From Gemmatimonadaceae bacterium (GTDB lineage Bacteria; Gemmatimonadota; Gemmatimonadetes; Gemmatimonadales; Gemmatimonadaceae): a DNA stretch of 64,000 nucleotides. This document shows, piece by piece, positions 31,221 through 40,029 of the stretch (its first letter is position 1; each line of letters starts with the position of its first letter). A model generated the notes under the pieces. The model worked only from the letters and a program-made list of their open reading frames with translations, searched no databases and was not told the origin of the DNA. The stretch lies in the NCBI GenBank assembly GCA_031374935.1, contig JANMHB010000183.1, positions 9,820 to 73,819 of the forward strand. Direction: 5' to 3'. Position numbers and translations under genes: made by a program.

Positions 31221-32555
31221 TCAGTCGCCGCCGGAGAGCGCCTGGCCGTAGACCTCGTGTGCCGGCAGCACGACGCGCTGACCGAGCGTGATCGCCTGGC
31301 CGGCAAACTCGGCCAGACCGCCGCCGTGGTAGCCCTCCTCGCGATGCTCCTTGGTGTCCACCCCGGCGAGTTCGTCCGCGAGGCTGATCCGGATCTTCGT
31401 GATTGAGTTCACTGCCAGGACCACGACCGGTGTCATCACGGCCACGAACGCAATCGTGGCCAGCACCGCGATGGTCTGAACGCCGAGCAATCGTGAGTTG
31501 CCCGCGACCAATCCGTCCGCGCCCGCACCATTGATCACCTTCGTCGCAAAAACGCCGGTGGCCAATGCACCGACGATGCCGGCCACCCCATGACAGGCAA
31601 AGACATCGAGGGCGTCATCGATTGCCGTCTTCGCTCGCAGCTGGATCGCAGCGTAGGCGCACGCCGCGCCAACGGCACCGATGGCAATCGCCGACAGCGG
31701 CGACACGAACCCAGCCGCCGGCGTGATGGCCACCAGCCCTGCCACGGCACCAGTCGCCGCACCAACCGCCGTCGCGTGACGTGTTCGGATCAGTTCGACC
31801 GCAATCCACGACAGCAGGCCTGCCGCCGCTGACGTATGCGTGGTGATCAATGCGTTGGCCGAAATACCATCCGCGGCCAGCGCCGAGCCGGCGTTGAAGC
31901 CGAACCAGCCGAACCAGAGAATGCCCGCGCCGAGCAACGTCAGCGGCACGTTGTGCGGAAGAATCGCGGTGCGACCGGCGTCATGTCGTCGACCCAGCAT
32001 CCTCGCCAGCACCACCGCCGCCACGCCGGCACTGATGTGCACCACAGTCCCACCGGCAAAGTCCAGCGCCCCGAGCGAGCGCAACCAGCCGCCATCGGCC
32101 CACACCCAGTGCGCCAGCGGCACATACACCAGCGCGCCCCAGAGCAACGCGAACAGCAGAAAGGCCGTGAACCGCATCCGCTCGACCACCGCGCCACTGA
32201 TCAACGCCACCGTGATGCCGGCAAACATCATCTGGAAGGCGGAGAACAGCACGTGCGGAATGCCGGCGCTGTAGGTCGGATTCGGCGCCACACCGACACC
32301 CTGCATCCCCGCCCACGAGAAATCGCCCAGCCAGGTGGACCCGGTGGAGAAGGCCAGCGAATAGCCGGCCACCACCCAGAACACCGACATCACCGCCAGC
32401 GCGCCAAAGCTCATCAGCATCGTGTTCAGCACGGCACGATTTCGTGACAGGCCGCCATAAAAACAAGCGAGCCCCGGGACCATCACCAGCACCAGCGCCG
32501 TCGACATCAGCACCCACGCGGTGTCACCCGCCACCAGTGGCGACGCCGGCGTCAT
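31221..32555 (-). CDS. amtB: Ammonium transporter AmtB
   Basis: Track ORF 31221-33041 trimmed to ATG at 32555 (MTPASPLVAGDTAWVLMSTALVLVMVPGLACFYGG), which overlaps the glnK stop as ATGA. Amt signatures DFAGGTVVHISAG and GFNAGSAL. Confidence 0.9.
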   Translation of the reverse strand: MTPASPLVAGDTAWVLMSTALVLVMVPGLACFYGGLSRNRAVLNTMLMSFGALAVMSVFWVVAGYSLAFSTGSTWLGDFSWAGMQGVGVAPNPTYSAGIPHVLFSAFQMMFAGITVALISGAVVERMRFTAFLLFALLWGALVYVPLAHWVWADGGWLRSLGALDFAGGTVVHISAGVAAVVLARMLGRRHDAGRTAILPHNVPLTLLGAGILWFGWFGFNAGSALAADGISANALITTHTSAAAGLLSWIAVELIRTRHATAVGAATGAVAGLVAITPAAGFVSPLSAIAIGAVGAACAYAAIQLRAKTAIDDALDVFACHGVAGIVGALATGVFATKVINGAGADGLVAGNSRLLGVQTIAVLATIAFVAVMTPVVVLAVNSITKIRISLADELAGVDTKEHREEGYHGGGLAEFAGQAITLGQRVVLPAHEVYGQALSGGD

Positions 32556-32944
32556 GATGCCGCCTGCCGCTGCGCCTGGCGCTGCACCGCATCGGCCGTC
32601 ACCGGCGTCAACGCGGCGGTGTCCTCTTCGCCGGTGCGGATGCGCACGACGCGATCGAGATGCTGCACGAAGATCTTGCCGTCGCCGACATTGCCGGTGC
32701 GCGCCGAGGAGAGAATCGCGGCGATCGTGGGTTCGACATAGTGCTCGGACACCGCCATCTCGACCTTCACCTTTTCGTGAAATTCGAGGATCACCGTTTC
32801 GGCCCGGTACTGCTGCACGACCTCGCGTTCGCCGCCATGCCCGGACACGCGCGAGAACGTCACGCCGGTAACGCCGGCTCGAAAGAGTGCGGCCTTCACA
32901 TCGGCGAGGCACTCGGGGCGAATGATGGCGGTGATCAACTTCAT
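32552..32944 (-). CDS. glnK: Nitrogen regulatory protein P-II (GlnK-type) with a C-terminal extension
   Basis: Track ORF trimmed to ATG at 32944 (MKLITAIIRPECLADVKAALFRAGVTGVTFSRV...GDGKIFVQHLDRVVRIRTGEED). 130 aa versus about 112 for typical P-II. Paired with amtB. Confidence 0.85.
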   Translation of the reverse strand: MKLITAIIRPECLADVKAALFRAGVTGVTFSRVSGHGGEREVVQQYRAETVILEFHEKVKVEMAVSEHYVEPTIAAILSSARTGNVGDGKIFVQHLDRVVRIRTGEEDTAALTPVTADAVQRQAQRQAAS

Positions 32945-33188
32945 GGTCGGCGCATTCCCCTGGGCGGATCGTGAGGGTGAGATGGGTCGGCCGGCCGGCG
33001 GCGGCGGCAGTCTGCCGCATGATGGCGATATCCGGGTGCAAATGCTATGACACACCGCCGGCGTCGTGCCGACGGCTGGCCCGGAGCACCCTGACGCTGC
33101 CGCACCCCGCGCCAACGACCGCAACCGGCCGTGCTATCTTCGCCTGACCCCGAACCGGGTCAGACAGGCTTTTCCCGACACCCTCGCG

Positions 33189-36077
33189 ATGCGCCCTTCC
33201 CGCCACGGCGGTGCCACCCGGCTTGCTCGCCGGATCCTTCTCCTGCTCGTCCCGCTGCTGACCGCGGTGCCGCTTCCGGCGCAGGATGTGGTGCGCAGCA
33301 GCGTTGCCTGGCGCACGATCCGCACCCAGTGGTTCGACATGCACTATCCGCTCGATGCCGAAGCGTGGGCGGTGGAGCTGGCACCGCGGCTGGACGCTCT
33401 GCGCGATGCCGTCGCCACATTGGTCGGCTTCGCGCCATCCGGTCGGACGACCATCCTGATCGACGACCCGTACAATCAACCGAACGGCAAGGCGGTGCCG
33501 CTGCTCGGATCTCCGGTGATGCATCTCTGGGTCACGCCACCGGGGCCCACCGATCAGATCGCGAATCACCGCGGCTGGGGCCTCAAGCTGGCGTCGCACG
33601 AGTTCGGGCACATCGCGCACCTCACGCGGCCGGCGCGGCGATCGCAGTGGTACTGGCACCTGCTGCCCGCGCAGGTCAGTCCCCTGTCGATCGGCACCCC
33701 GCGATGGGCCGTCGAGGGGTACGCCACCTGGATCGAAGGCAGGATCACCGGCAGCGGCCGCCCGCACGGTGCCTGGCGGCCGGCGCTGCTCCGCGAACTC
33801 GCGCTCGAGGGGCGCTTGCCCAGCTATGCCGCGTTGAGTGCCAGCGGTGGCTACAAGGGCGGCAGTATGGCGTACCTGGCCGGATCGGCGTTCTGGGAGT
33901 GGCTCGCAGCGCAGCGCGGTGACACCTCGATGACGCTGGTGTTCCGGCGACAGACCGCCCGCGTCGCACGCGCGTTCGACGAGGCCTTTCGCGGTGTGTA
34001 TGGTGACGGGCCCGCGGTGCTCTATGGTCGCTTCAGCGCCGAGCTGACAGCCAAGGCGTTCATCGCCGACTCCGCGCTGAAGCGCGGCGGATTGGTTGCC
34101 GGTGCACGGCTGGCACGCTTCGGCTCCGCGGTCGGTGGGCCCGCGATCAGCAGCGATGGCAAACGCATGGCGCTGGTGCTGCCGGGGCTGGGTGGAGCGC
34201 CGCCACGGGTGGTGGTCAGTCCGCCGGACAGTCAGGCTCCTGGCGTGCGCGACACGGTGCCGACGGCGCAGCTGTTGACGCGCGATCCGCAGGACGTGGC
34301 GGCGGTGCGCATCTATCCCCGCCTGGCGAAAGCCATCGCCACACTCACGCCGCGGCGTGGCCGATCGTTTCTCAATCCGCGATTCCTCGATCGAACGGGC
34401 ACCCAGCTCCTGCTGGAGTCATGGAGTTTTCGGCCGGACGGCTCACTGCGTCCTGATCTCGCGACCTGGAATCTCGAGACGCGCGCCGTGCGCTTCGTCA
34501 CCGATGGCGCGGCCGTGCAGGATGCCGATCCCGCACCCGATGGCAGCCGCGCCGCCGCCATCAGGTGCATTGGCGGCAGCTGCGATCTCGTCCTGGTCTC
34601 GTTGCGCGACGGCCAGGTCACCACGCTCTCGGCCGGATCACCGACGAAGGTGTTCAGTCACCCGCGATGGTCGCCCGATGGGCGACAGATCGTGACCAGT
34701 GTACAGGATCGCGATGGGCTCTGGCGCCTGACGGTGATCGATGCCGGGACCGGTGCCAGCACGATCGTCACGCCGGACGACGACGTGAATCGCCACTCCG
34801 CCAGCTTCGATGCGTCGGGGCGTGAACTGGTGTACGTCAGCGAAGCAGGAGGGATTCCGAACGTCGAATCGTTGCGTCTCGACGATGGCACGCGCATCAC
34901 GCGTACGCGCCTGACCGGCAGTGCCTACGAACCCGCGCCACTGCCGGATGGCAGCATCCTGTTTCTCAATGAGTTCGCCGGCGGTATGGACCTGCGACGC
35001 ATCGAACGCGGGAGTGTCGCCAGCGCCGACGCGCTCCGCGACGTCGCCGCGCAACTGGTTCCAGCACTGCCACTCCCTCGCACGGCCGGTGTGCCGCTGG
35101 CGACGGCGCCGGTTCCCGCGCCGCGCCTCTATCGTGCCGGTCCACGCAGCTACCGCTGGCTGGCGCAGACGGCACTGGCCCGCGACGGCATGATGCAGAG
35201 CGCCGCGCTGGCGAGCGCCGACCCGGCGAATCGCCTCGTCTGGACGCTCAATGGCCTGCTCGGCACGCGACCGGCCTGGCGTGGCGGAGTGGCGAGTCTG
35301 GCCTGGTATGGGTCGCGCCCGTCACTGCGTGCGGAATCGTTCTGGCTGGAGCAACGCGCAACCGCACAACGCAACGCGGCCAGCGTGCAAGGCGATGACT
35401 ACCGCATTGCCGGTGGCTCGGTGGCGCTCGAACTGCCACGCGCCGGCTCGTCGTTGTCGCGACGCCTGTCCGTGAGCGCGTTTGCCGGCGCCGCACAACG
35501 TGGGGGACGCGAGTCTGAGCGACGCTTGCTCGCGAGCGCCAGTTACGCGCTCGGGGGTGTGGTTGGATGGCGGAAGTCTTCCGCGCTGTCATTGCGCGTG
35601 GCCGCCGGACGACTCGGTGACAGCACGACGCTTCGCGCCAGCCTCGCTGCGTCGGCAACCGCGTATCGCGTCCGCCTCGATGCGCGAGCGCACCGCGCGC
35701 GCGCCGGGACGCCGGCGTTCGAGCAATTCAGCGCCGGCGGATTCGCGCCGCCACTCAGCGACAACGCCACGCTGGCGCAACGCATCGCCATTCCATCGCT
35801 GCCGGTCGGCATCGCGCAAGGGAGAGCACTGTACGAACTGCGCGTCGAACGACCGGCACCACTGCTGCCCGCCACCGTGTATGCGCATTCCGTCGGCAGT
35901 ACCTGGAAGCTCGACCGGCACTCGGCCGTCATCGGCATCGAGCGCGGCATCGAATTTGATTACCTCGGGTTGGTCGGCTTGCCACGACTCCGCGCGCTGG
36001 CAGGCGTGGCGCGTATCGTGCGCGGTCCATTGCAGGACAAAGGTTCCGCATACCTCATGATCGGATGGCGTCCATGA
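33189..36077 (+). CDS. Exported multidomain protein: MA-clan HExxH peptidase-like N-domain, TolB-like beta-propeller, large beta-rich C-terminal region
   Basis: Track ORF trimmed to ATG at 33189 (MRPSRHGGATRLARRILLLLVPLLTAVPLPAQD). HEFGHIAH followed by WAVEGYATWIEG (HExxH plus downstream Glu). TolB/WD40-like blades: PRWSPDGRQIVTSVQDRDGLWRLTVID, SFDASGRELVYVSEAGGIPNV. Confidence 0.7.
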   Translation: MRPSRHGGATRLARRILLLLVPLLTAVPLPAQDVVRSSVAWRTIRTQWFDMHYPLDAEAWAVELAPRLDALRDAVATLVGFAPSGRTTILIDDPYNQPNGKAVPLLGSPVMHLWVTPPGPTDQIANHRGWGLKLASHEFGHIAHLTRPARRSQWYWHLLPAQVSPLSIGTPRWAVEGYATWIEGRITGSGRPHGAWRPALLRELALEGRLPSYAALSASGGYKGGSMAYLAGSAFWEWLAAQRGDTSMTLVFRRQTARVARAFDEAFRGVYGDGPAVLYGRFSAELTAKAFIADSALKRGGLVAGARLARFGSAVGGPAISSDGKRMALVLPGLGGAPPRVVVSPPDSQAPGVRDTVPTAQLLTRDPQDVAAVRIYPRLAKAIATLTPRRGRSFLNPRFLDRTGTQLLLESWSFRPDGSLRPDLATWNLETRAVRFVTDGAAVQDADPAPDGSRAAAIRCIGGSCDLVLVSLRDGQVTTLSAGSPTKVFSHPRWSPDGRQIVTSVQDRDGLWRLTVIDAGTGASTIVTPDDDVNRHSASFDASGRELVYVSEAGGIPNVESLRLDDGTRITRTRLTGSAYEPAPLPDGSILFLNEFAGGMDLRRIERGSVASADALRDVAAQLVPALPLPRTAGVPLATAPVPAPRLYRAGPRSYRWLAQTALARDGMMQSAALASADPANRLVWTLNGLLGTRPAWRGGVASLAWYGSRPSLRAESFWLEQRATAQRNAASVQGDDYRIAGGSVALELPRAGSSLSRRLSVSAFAGAAQRGGRESERRLLASASYALGGVVGWRKSSALSLRVAAGRLGDSTTLRASLAASATAYRVRLDARAHRARAGTPAFEQFSAGGFAPPLSDNATLAQRIAIPSLPVGIAQGRALYELRVERPAPLLPATVYAHSVGSTWKLDRHSAVIGIERGIEFDYLGLVGLPRLRALAGVARIVRGPLQDKGSAYLMIGWRP

Positions 36078-36589
36078 CGAAGCGCGTTGCATGTCTGGTG
36101 GGGCCGGAGTACGAGGACCTCGAAGTCTGGTATCCCAAGCTGCGCCTCGAGGAAGCCGGGTACGTGGTGCCGCTGATCGGGATCGGCGACGCCATGTATC
36201 ACGGAAAACACGGCTACCCAGCGACGATCGATGCACACATCGACGACATCGACGCCGCGACGCTCGACGGCATCATCGCTCCTGGCGGCTGGGCGCCGGA
36301 CAAGCTGCGCCGCATTCCCGCGGTGCTGGACGCCGTGCGCGCGGTGCACGCGCGCGGCAAGATGGTGGCCACGGTGTGTCACGGCCCGTGGATCCTGATC
36401 TCCGCCGGCATCGTGCGCGGCCGGATGATGACCGGCAGCGTCGGCGTGCGCGACGACGTGGTGAATGCGGGCGGACTATGGATCGATCAGCCGTCGGTGA
36501 TCGACGGCAACATCGTCAGCGCGCGCGTGCCGAAGGACCTGCCGGCCTTCGGCGTTGCGATGCTGGAGGTGCTGCGGACGCAGGGGTGA
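36065..36589 (+). CDS. DJ-1/PfpI family protein (PfpI/YhbO-like)
   Basis: 174 aa. Nucleophile elbow ATVCHGPWILISAG. GGWAPDKLR. An alternative ATG at 36074 would overlap the upstream stop as ATGA. Confidence 0.85.
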   Translation: MASMTKRVACLVGPEYEDLEVWYPKLRLEEAGYVVPLIGIGDAMYHGKHGYPATIDAHIDDIDAATLDGIIAPGGWAPDKLRRIPAVLDAVRAVHARGKMVATVCHGPWILISAGIVRGRMMTGSVGVRDDVVNAGGLWIDQPSVIDGNIVSARVPKDLPAFGVAMLEVLRTQG

Positions 36590-36628
36590 TGCGTTGAGAC
36601 GGCAGGCGATCAGCTGATGCGCTGACGC

Positions 36629-37873
36629 TCAGCGCTGCGAGACCTGCTCGGCGCGCGCTCGCGCCGCCGCCACACCGGCAGCCCGCCCGGTGCACCAGGC
36701 CCAGAGGAAGTTGTAGCCGCCGATCGGCCCGAACGCGTCCAGCACCTCGCCGCAGAGGAACAGGCCAGGATGCTTGCGGCTCTCCATCGTCCGGTGGTCG
36801 ATCTCGGCCAGACTCACGCCGCCGCCAGTAACCTCGGCCTTCTTGTAGCCTTCGTCGCCCGCCCACGGCAGCTCGCCGCGCACCAGCGTGTCGATCAGCC
36901 GCAGGCGCTCGTCACGACGGAGTTCACTCAACACCCGCAGCGGATCGACGTTCGCGCGCTCGATGAGCACACCGGCCAGTCGTTCCGGAAGTTCGGCGCG
37001 CACCGCTCCCGACACCGTTCGCACACCGTGCGGCGCGAGGCGCACCTGCCACGCGGCGTCGTCGTGCGGCGTCCACCGCACGGCGATCGTGGCGCGCTGA
37101 GCGTGGATCGTCCGTGAACGCACCGCCACGTGTGACACGTTGAGCACCGACGGTCCGCTGTAGCCCCGATGCGTGAACAGGAACCCGCCGGTCGCCTGCG
37201 CCGACTCGTCACCGACTTTGGCCGACAGCGTGACGGCGAGTGATATCCCCGCCAGCTCGGTGAATGCATTCGGCTCGACCGTTATCGGCGTCAGCGCTGC
37301 GTAGGTGGCGTGAATCGTGTGCCCGAGCTTCCGCAGGAGCGCCAGCCCGCGCCCGTCACTGCCGGTGGCGGGCACCGAGAGGCCGCCGGTGGCGATGACC
37401 ACCGCGTCGGCGCCGAATTCCCGGTCATCGTCGCAGAGAACCAACCAGCGCCCCGCCATCGGCACCACGTCGCGCACACTGACCTCAGGCACGAACTCCA
37501 CGCCAGCCGCGATTGCGGCCGAGAGCAAGCCATCGCGCACATCGCGCGCCTTGTGCGACGCGGGGAAGAGCTTCAGCGACACTTCTTCGTGTTCGAGCGG
37601 AATGCCGAGGTCCTGCTCGAAGAACCGGATCTGCTCGGCGAGGGGCCACGAGCGAATGATGCGTCGCAGCACATTCGGCGAGGAATCCGTCACGAACCGC
37701 GCCTCGTCAACCCGCGATGGCAGCACATTGCAGCGACCGCCGCCGCTGATCAGGATCTTGCGACCGCCATCCCTGGTGCGCTCGAGCAGCGTGACACGCG
37801 CACCCGCACGTGCGGCAAAGATCGCCGCCATGGTGCCGGCAGCCCCGGCGCCGACGATCACGACGTCGGTCAT
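36629..37873 (-). CDS. HI0933/YhiN (BaiN-like) family FAD-dependent oxidoreductase
   Basis: 414 aa. VVIVGAGAAGTMAAIFAARAG dinucleotide fold. KILISGGGRCNV is the hallmark of this family. C-terminal LFLCGEVLDAFGPIGGYNFLWAW. Confidence 0.85.
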   Translation of the reverse strand: MTDVVIVGAGAAGTMAAIFAARAGARVTLLERTRDGGRKILISGGGRCNVLPSRVDEARFVTDSSPNVLRRIIRSWPLAEQIRFFEQDLGIPLEHEEVSLKLFPASHKARDVRDGLLSAAIAAGVEFVPEVSVRDVVPMAGRWLVLCDDDREFGADAVVIATGGLSVPATGSDGRGLALLRKLGHTIHATYAALTPITVEPNAFTELAGISLAVTLSAKVGDESAQATGGFLFTHRGYSGPSVLNVSHVAVRSRTIHAQRATIAVRWTPHDDAAWQVRLAPHGVRTVSGAVRAELPERLAGVLIERANVDPLRVLSELRRDERLRLIDTLVRGELPWAGDEGYKKAEVTGGGVSLAEIDHRTMESRKHPGLFLCGEVLDAFGPIGGYNFLWAWCTGRAAGVAAARARAEQVSQR

Positions 37874-38296
37874 GCCGTCGCGCGCGCTGGCGCCCTTGGA
37901 GCTTCACTGCGATCAGGACGACGCCAGCGGACGCACACCTGCAGAAGACATGGCACGATGATCGGGGTCGGGGACGCATCAACATAGCGTCGCGGCACCC
38001 CGTGCCTCCTTCGCACTGACGCCCATCCCGCCATCCGAGACCCGGTCGCTACTGCTTCGCGCCGAATGCGCCGTGGGCGACTCAAGCTCGTCGGGGACGG
38101 ACCGATACTGGCGCGGAGTGGGCAGCAGCAACGCGCCGATGTGCCGGCTTCCCTCTCTCACAGCGTCAGAGGCCTTGAATGAGCGCCGCGGTCCTGCTGG
38201 TCACCCTGCTTGCCCCCGCGCTGTTGGCGGTTCCGTGGCGTCGGCCCAGGCCGGCCCGAATCACGTACCCCCGCAGTTCAGCCCAGCGGAGACGCG

Positions 38297-38512
38297 ATGT
38301 TCGCTGACGAAGCGTTCGACGACGACGCCGTCGCCGACTGCGCGGACGAGGGCGTCGTGCTCGACGGGCCGGCATCGCTGCTCAAGGCACTCATCGACAT
38401 CGAGCCGTCACCGCCCGCGTTCAAGTCAGCGTTGTGGCGGGGCGTTGCCGGCAGCGGTGCCGTCAACCATCGGGCTGATTCGCTGCGAGGGCTCTCGCCA
38501 GAGCCGGGCTGA
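38297..38512 (+). CDS. Candidate small acidic protein (71 aa), uncertain
   Basis: ATG at 38297 preceded by GGAG (38288-38291, 5-nt spacing). About 85% GC at third positions. MFADEAFDDDAVADCADEGVVLDGPASLLKALIDIEPS... The last 87 nt overlap the convergent lipoprotein gene end, which lowers confidence. Confidence 0.3.
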   Translation: MFADEAFDDDAVADCADEGVVLDGPASLLKALIDIEPSPPAFKSALWRGVAGSGAVNHRADSLRGLSPEPG

Positions 38513-39910
38513 GACGACCGTCGTCCGACCAGCGCGCACGACGACACTCGGCAGACTCAGTTGACGCGTGCCCGCCGCATCCACCAGCAGCTCGTGGGTC
38601 CCGGCAGGCATTCGCATGCGCAGCACTGACACGCTGCCGGGCAGCAATGTCCAGGCGCGCGTGTCGGCCCGCTCGAGCGCGGTGGTTGCGACGTTGGTCA
38701 GCACCTTGGCGAACATCGCGGCCGTCTCCCATCCGTCGTCGTCCTTCTTCCCTTTCTTCTTGTCCTTCTTCTTCCCGCCCGATGCTGCCGCCGCTTCGAG
38801 GGCCTTTGCGGCAGCGTACTTGGCCACCGCCCGCGAGACCGTGCGGGCCATGATGGCTCCGCGATCGCGCCGATAGTCCGCAGCCATTGCATCACTGAGA
38901 CTGACGTCGGTGATCGCCCCCTCGGCGCGACTCCCGTCGGCCGCGATCTGCACCGGGCCCACGCCGAGCGGACGCGGGCGCCGCAACACCGGCCAGCTCA
39001 TGTCGAGCAGATAGCTCGCGCGAGCACCGCGCCAGGGCCCGAAGCGACTGTCAGTGAATCGCCATGACGGGGTGTCGTCCCACCAGAGTCCCCCGTTGCG
39101 CAGGGCGCCAAAATCCGACAGCATCCGCTCCGCCGCATTGCGTCCATCATTGGCCTGCGCATTCTCGCCGCTGAAGATCGGGATCGTCAGTCCAACCGCG
39201 ACCTTGTGCGCGACGTCACCACGTTCGACCACCACCAGCACGTCACCGAGCGAGTCACCCGGCGGCGTCCAGGCGCTGTCGAGCGCGGCACCGAGCCGGA
39301 TTGCATTGCGCCGCGCGACGTCCGCATCGCTCCAGTCGCGTGCCTGCTCGAACGCCGCCGCCGCAACGGTGTGCAGCATCGCCCGCATTGGACGTTCATC
39401 GTCATCCGGATCGCCGACACTCGCGAGCAGCGCGACCAGCCGACGCGCCTCCACGGCAGCGGCATCGGCGTCGCCAGCTGCGCTCCACGCCAGCAGGGCA
39501 TTGTAGTGCAGCAGCAGCCGTTCGTTCTTGCCGGCCGTGTACGGCAACGCATAGTCATTCGAGAGCAGTGCCGCGGCCGTGCGACTCACGCTCTTGGTGA
39601 AGCGATCCTCGCTCACCGCAAACGCCTGATCGAAGAGACCACCGGCGTCCCGATACCGTCCGGCGTACCGCGCCGATGTGGCCTGATACAGCAGCCGCAG
39701 CAACCGATCATCGGGGCTGAGCGGCGACTTCCGGTTACCTACCGCGCGGAATGCCGAGTCGGCCCTGCCTTGGCTGAGCAGCGTCCGAACCCGTTCGTCG
39801 TCGATCTGCAAGCCGTTCGACGCCGTGAGGTAGCTACGCGCCGTGTTCGACAGCGTGGTACACGCAGTCAACGAGGCGAGTGCGACAACCAGCGGGAAGG
39901 AGCGCCACAT
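38426..39910 (-). CDS. Large lipoprotein with an N-terminal TPR-like helical region and a Lys/Asp-rich patch
   Basis: Track ORF trimmed to ATG at 39910 (MWRSFPLVVALASLTAC|TT lipobox). Helical repeats (LLRLLYQATSARYAGRYRDAGGLFDQA, LLLHYNALLAWSAAGDADAA). Charged patch GGKKKDKKKGKKDDDGWE. Confidence 0.7.
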   Translation of the reverse strand: MWRSFPLVVALASLTACTTLSNTARSYLTASNGLQIDDERVRTLLSQGRADSAFRAVGNRKSPLSPDDRLLRLLYQATSARYAGRYRDAGGLFDQAFAVSEDRFTKSVSRTAAALLSNDYALPYTAGKNERLLLHYNALLAWSAAGDADAAAVEARRLVALLASVGDPDDDERPMRAMLHTVAAAAFEQARDWSDADVARRNAIRLGAALDSAWTPPGDSLGDVLVVVERGDVAHKVAVGLTIPIFSGENAQANDGRNAAERMLSDFGALRNGGLWWDDTPSWRFTDSRFGPWRGARASYLLDMSWPVLRRPRPLGVGPVQIAADGSRAEGAITDVSLSDAMAADYRRDRGAIMARTVSRAVAKYAAAKALEAAAASGGKKKDKKKGKKDDDGWETAAMFAKVLTNVATTALERADTRAWTLLPGSVSVLRMRMPAGTHELLVDAAGTRQLSLPSVVVRAGRTTVVSARLWREPSQRISPMVDGTAAGNAPPQR

Positions 39911-39980
39911 GACGGGGAGTCTCAGCGGTCGAGCGAGAAGGAACGACAGACACAAACAGACACAACAGGAGGTTGCACAC

Positions 39981-40014
39981 GGAGCGACGCTGGCCATCGA
40001 CGCCAGGTCGCTCC
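39981..40014 (-). terminator. Intra-operon hairpin followed (on the - strand) by a GU-rich tract; possible attenuator or partial terminator
   Basis: Minus-strand RNA: GGAGCGAC-CTGGC-gucgaug-GCCAG-c-GUCGCUCC (13 bp with one bulge), then UGUGCAACCUCCUGUUGUGUCUGUUUGUGUCUGUCGUU (39945-39980). Confidence 0.35.
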
Positions 40015-40029
40015 GCAGGTCCACGGGAT

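Noticed and set aside
31221-33041. 606-aa extended ORF for amtB
   Set aside because: The extension runs through glnK in another frame. The ATG at 32555 gives the canonical AmtB N-terminus and an ATGA overlap with glnK.
33037-33052. Sigma-54-like -24/-12 element upstream of glnK (minus strand TGTCAT-agcat-TTGCA)
   Set aside because: The spacing fits TGGCAC-N5-TTGCA, but the near-invariant GG is GT here. I cannot support it without a genome-wide motif or evidence of an RpoN gene.
38179-38307. 42-codon ORF with a signal-peptide-like start; idea of a doubly frameshifted pseudogene
   Set aside because: The pseudogene reading needs two frameshifts within 120 nt, and I can name no homologue. It is kept only as a description of the gap, not as a pseudogene call.
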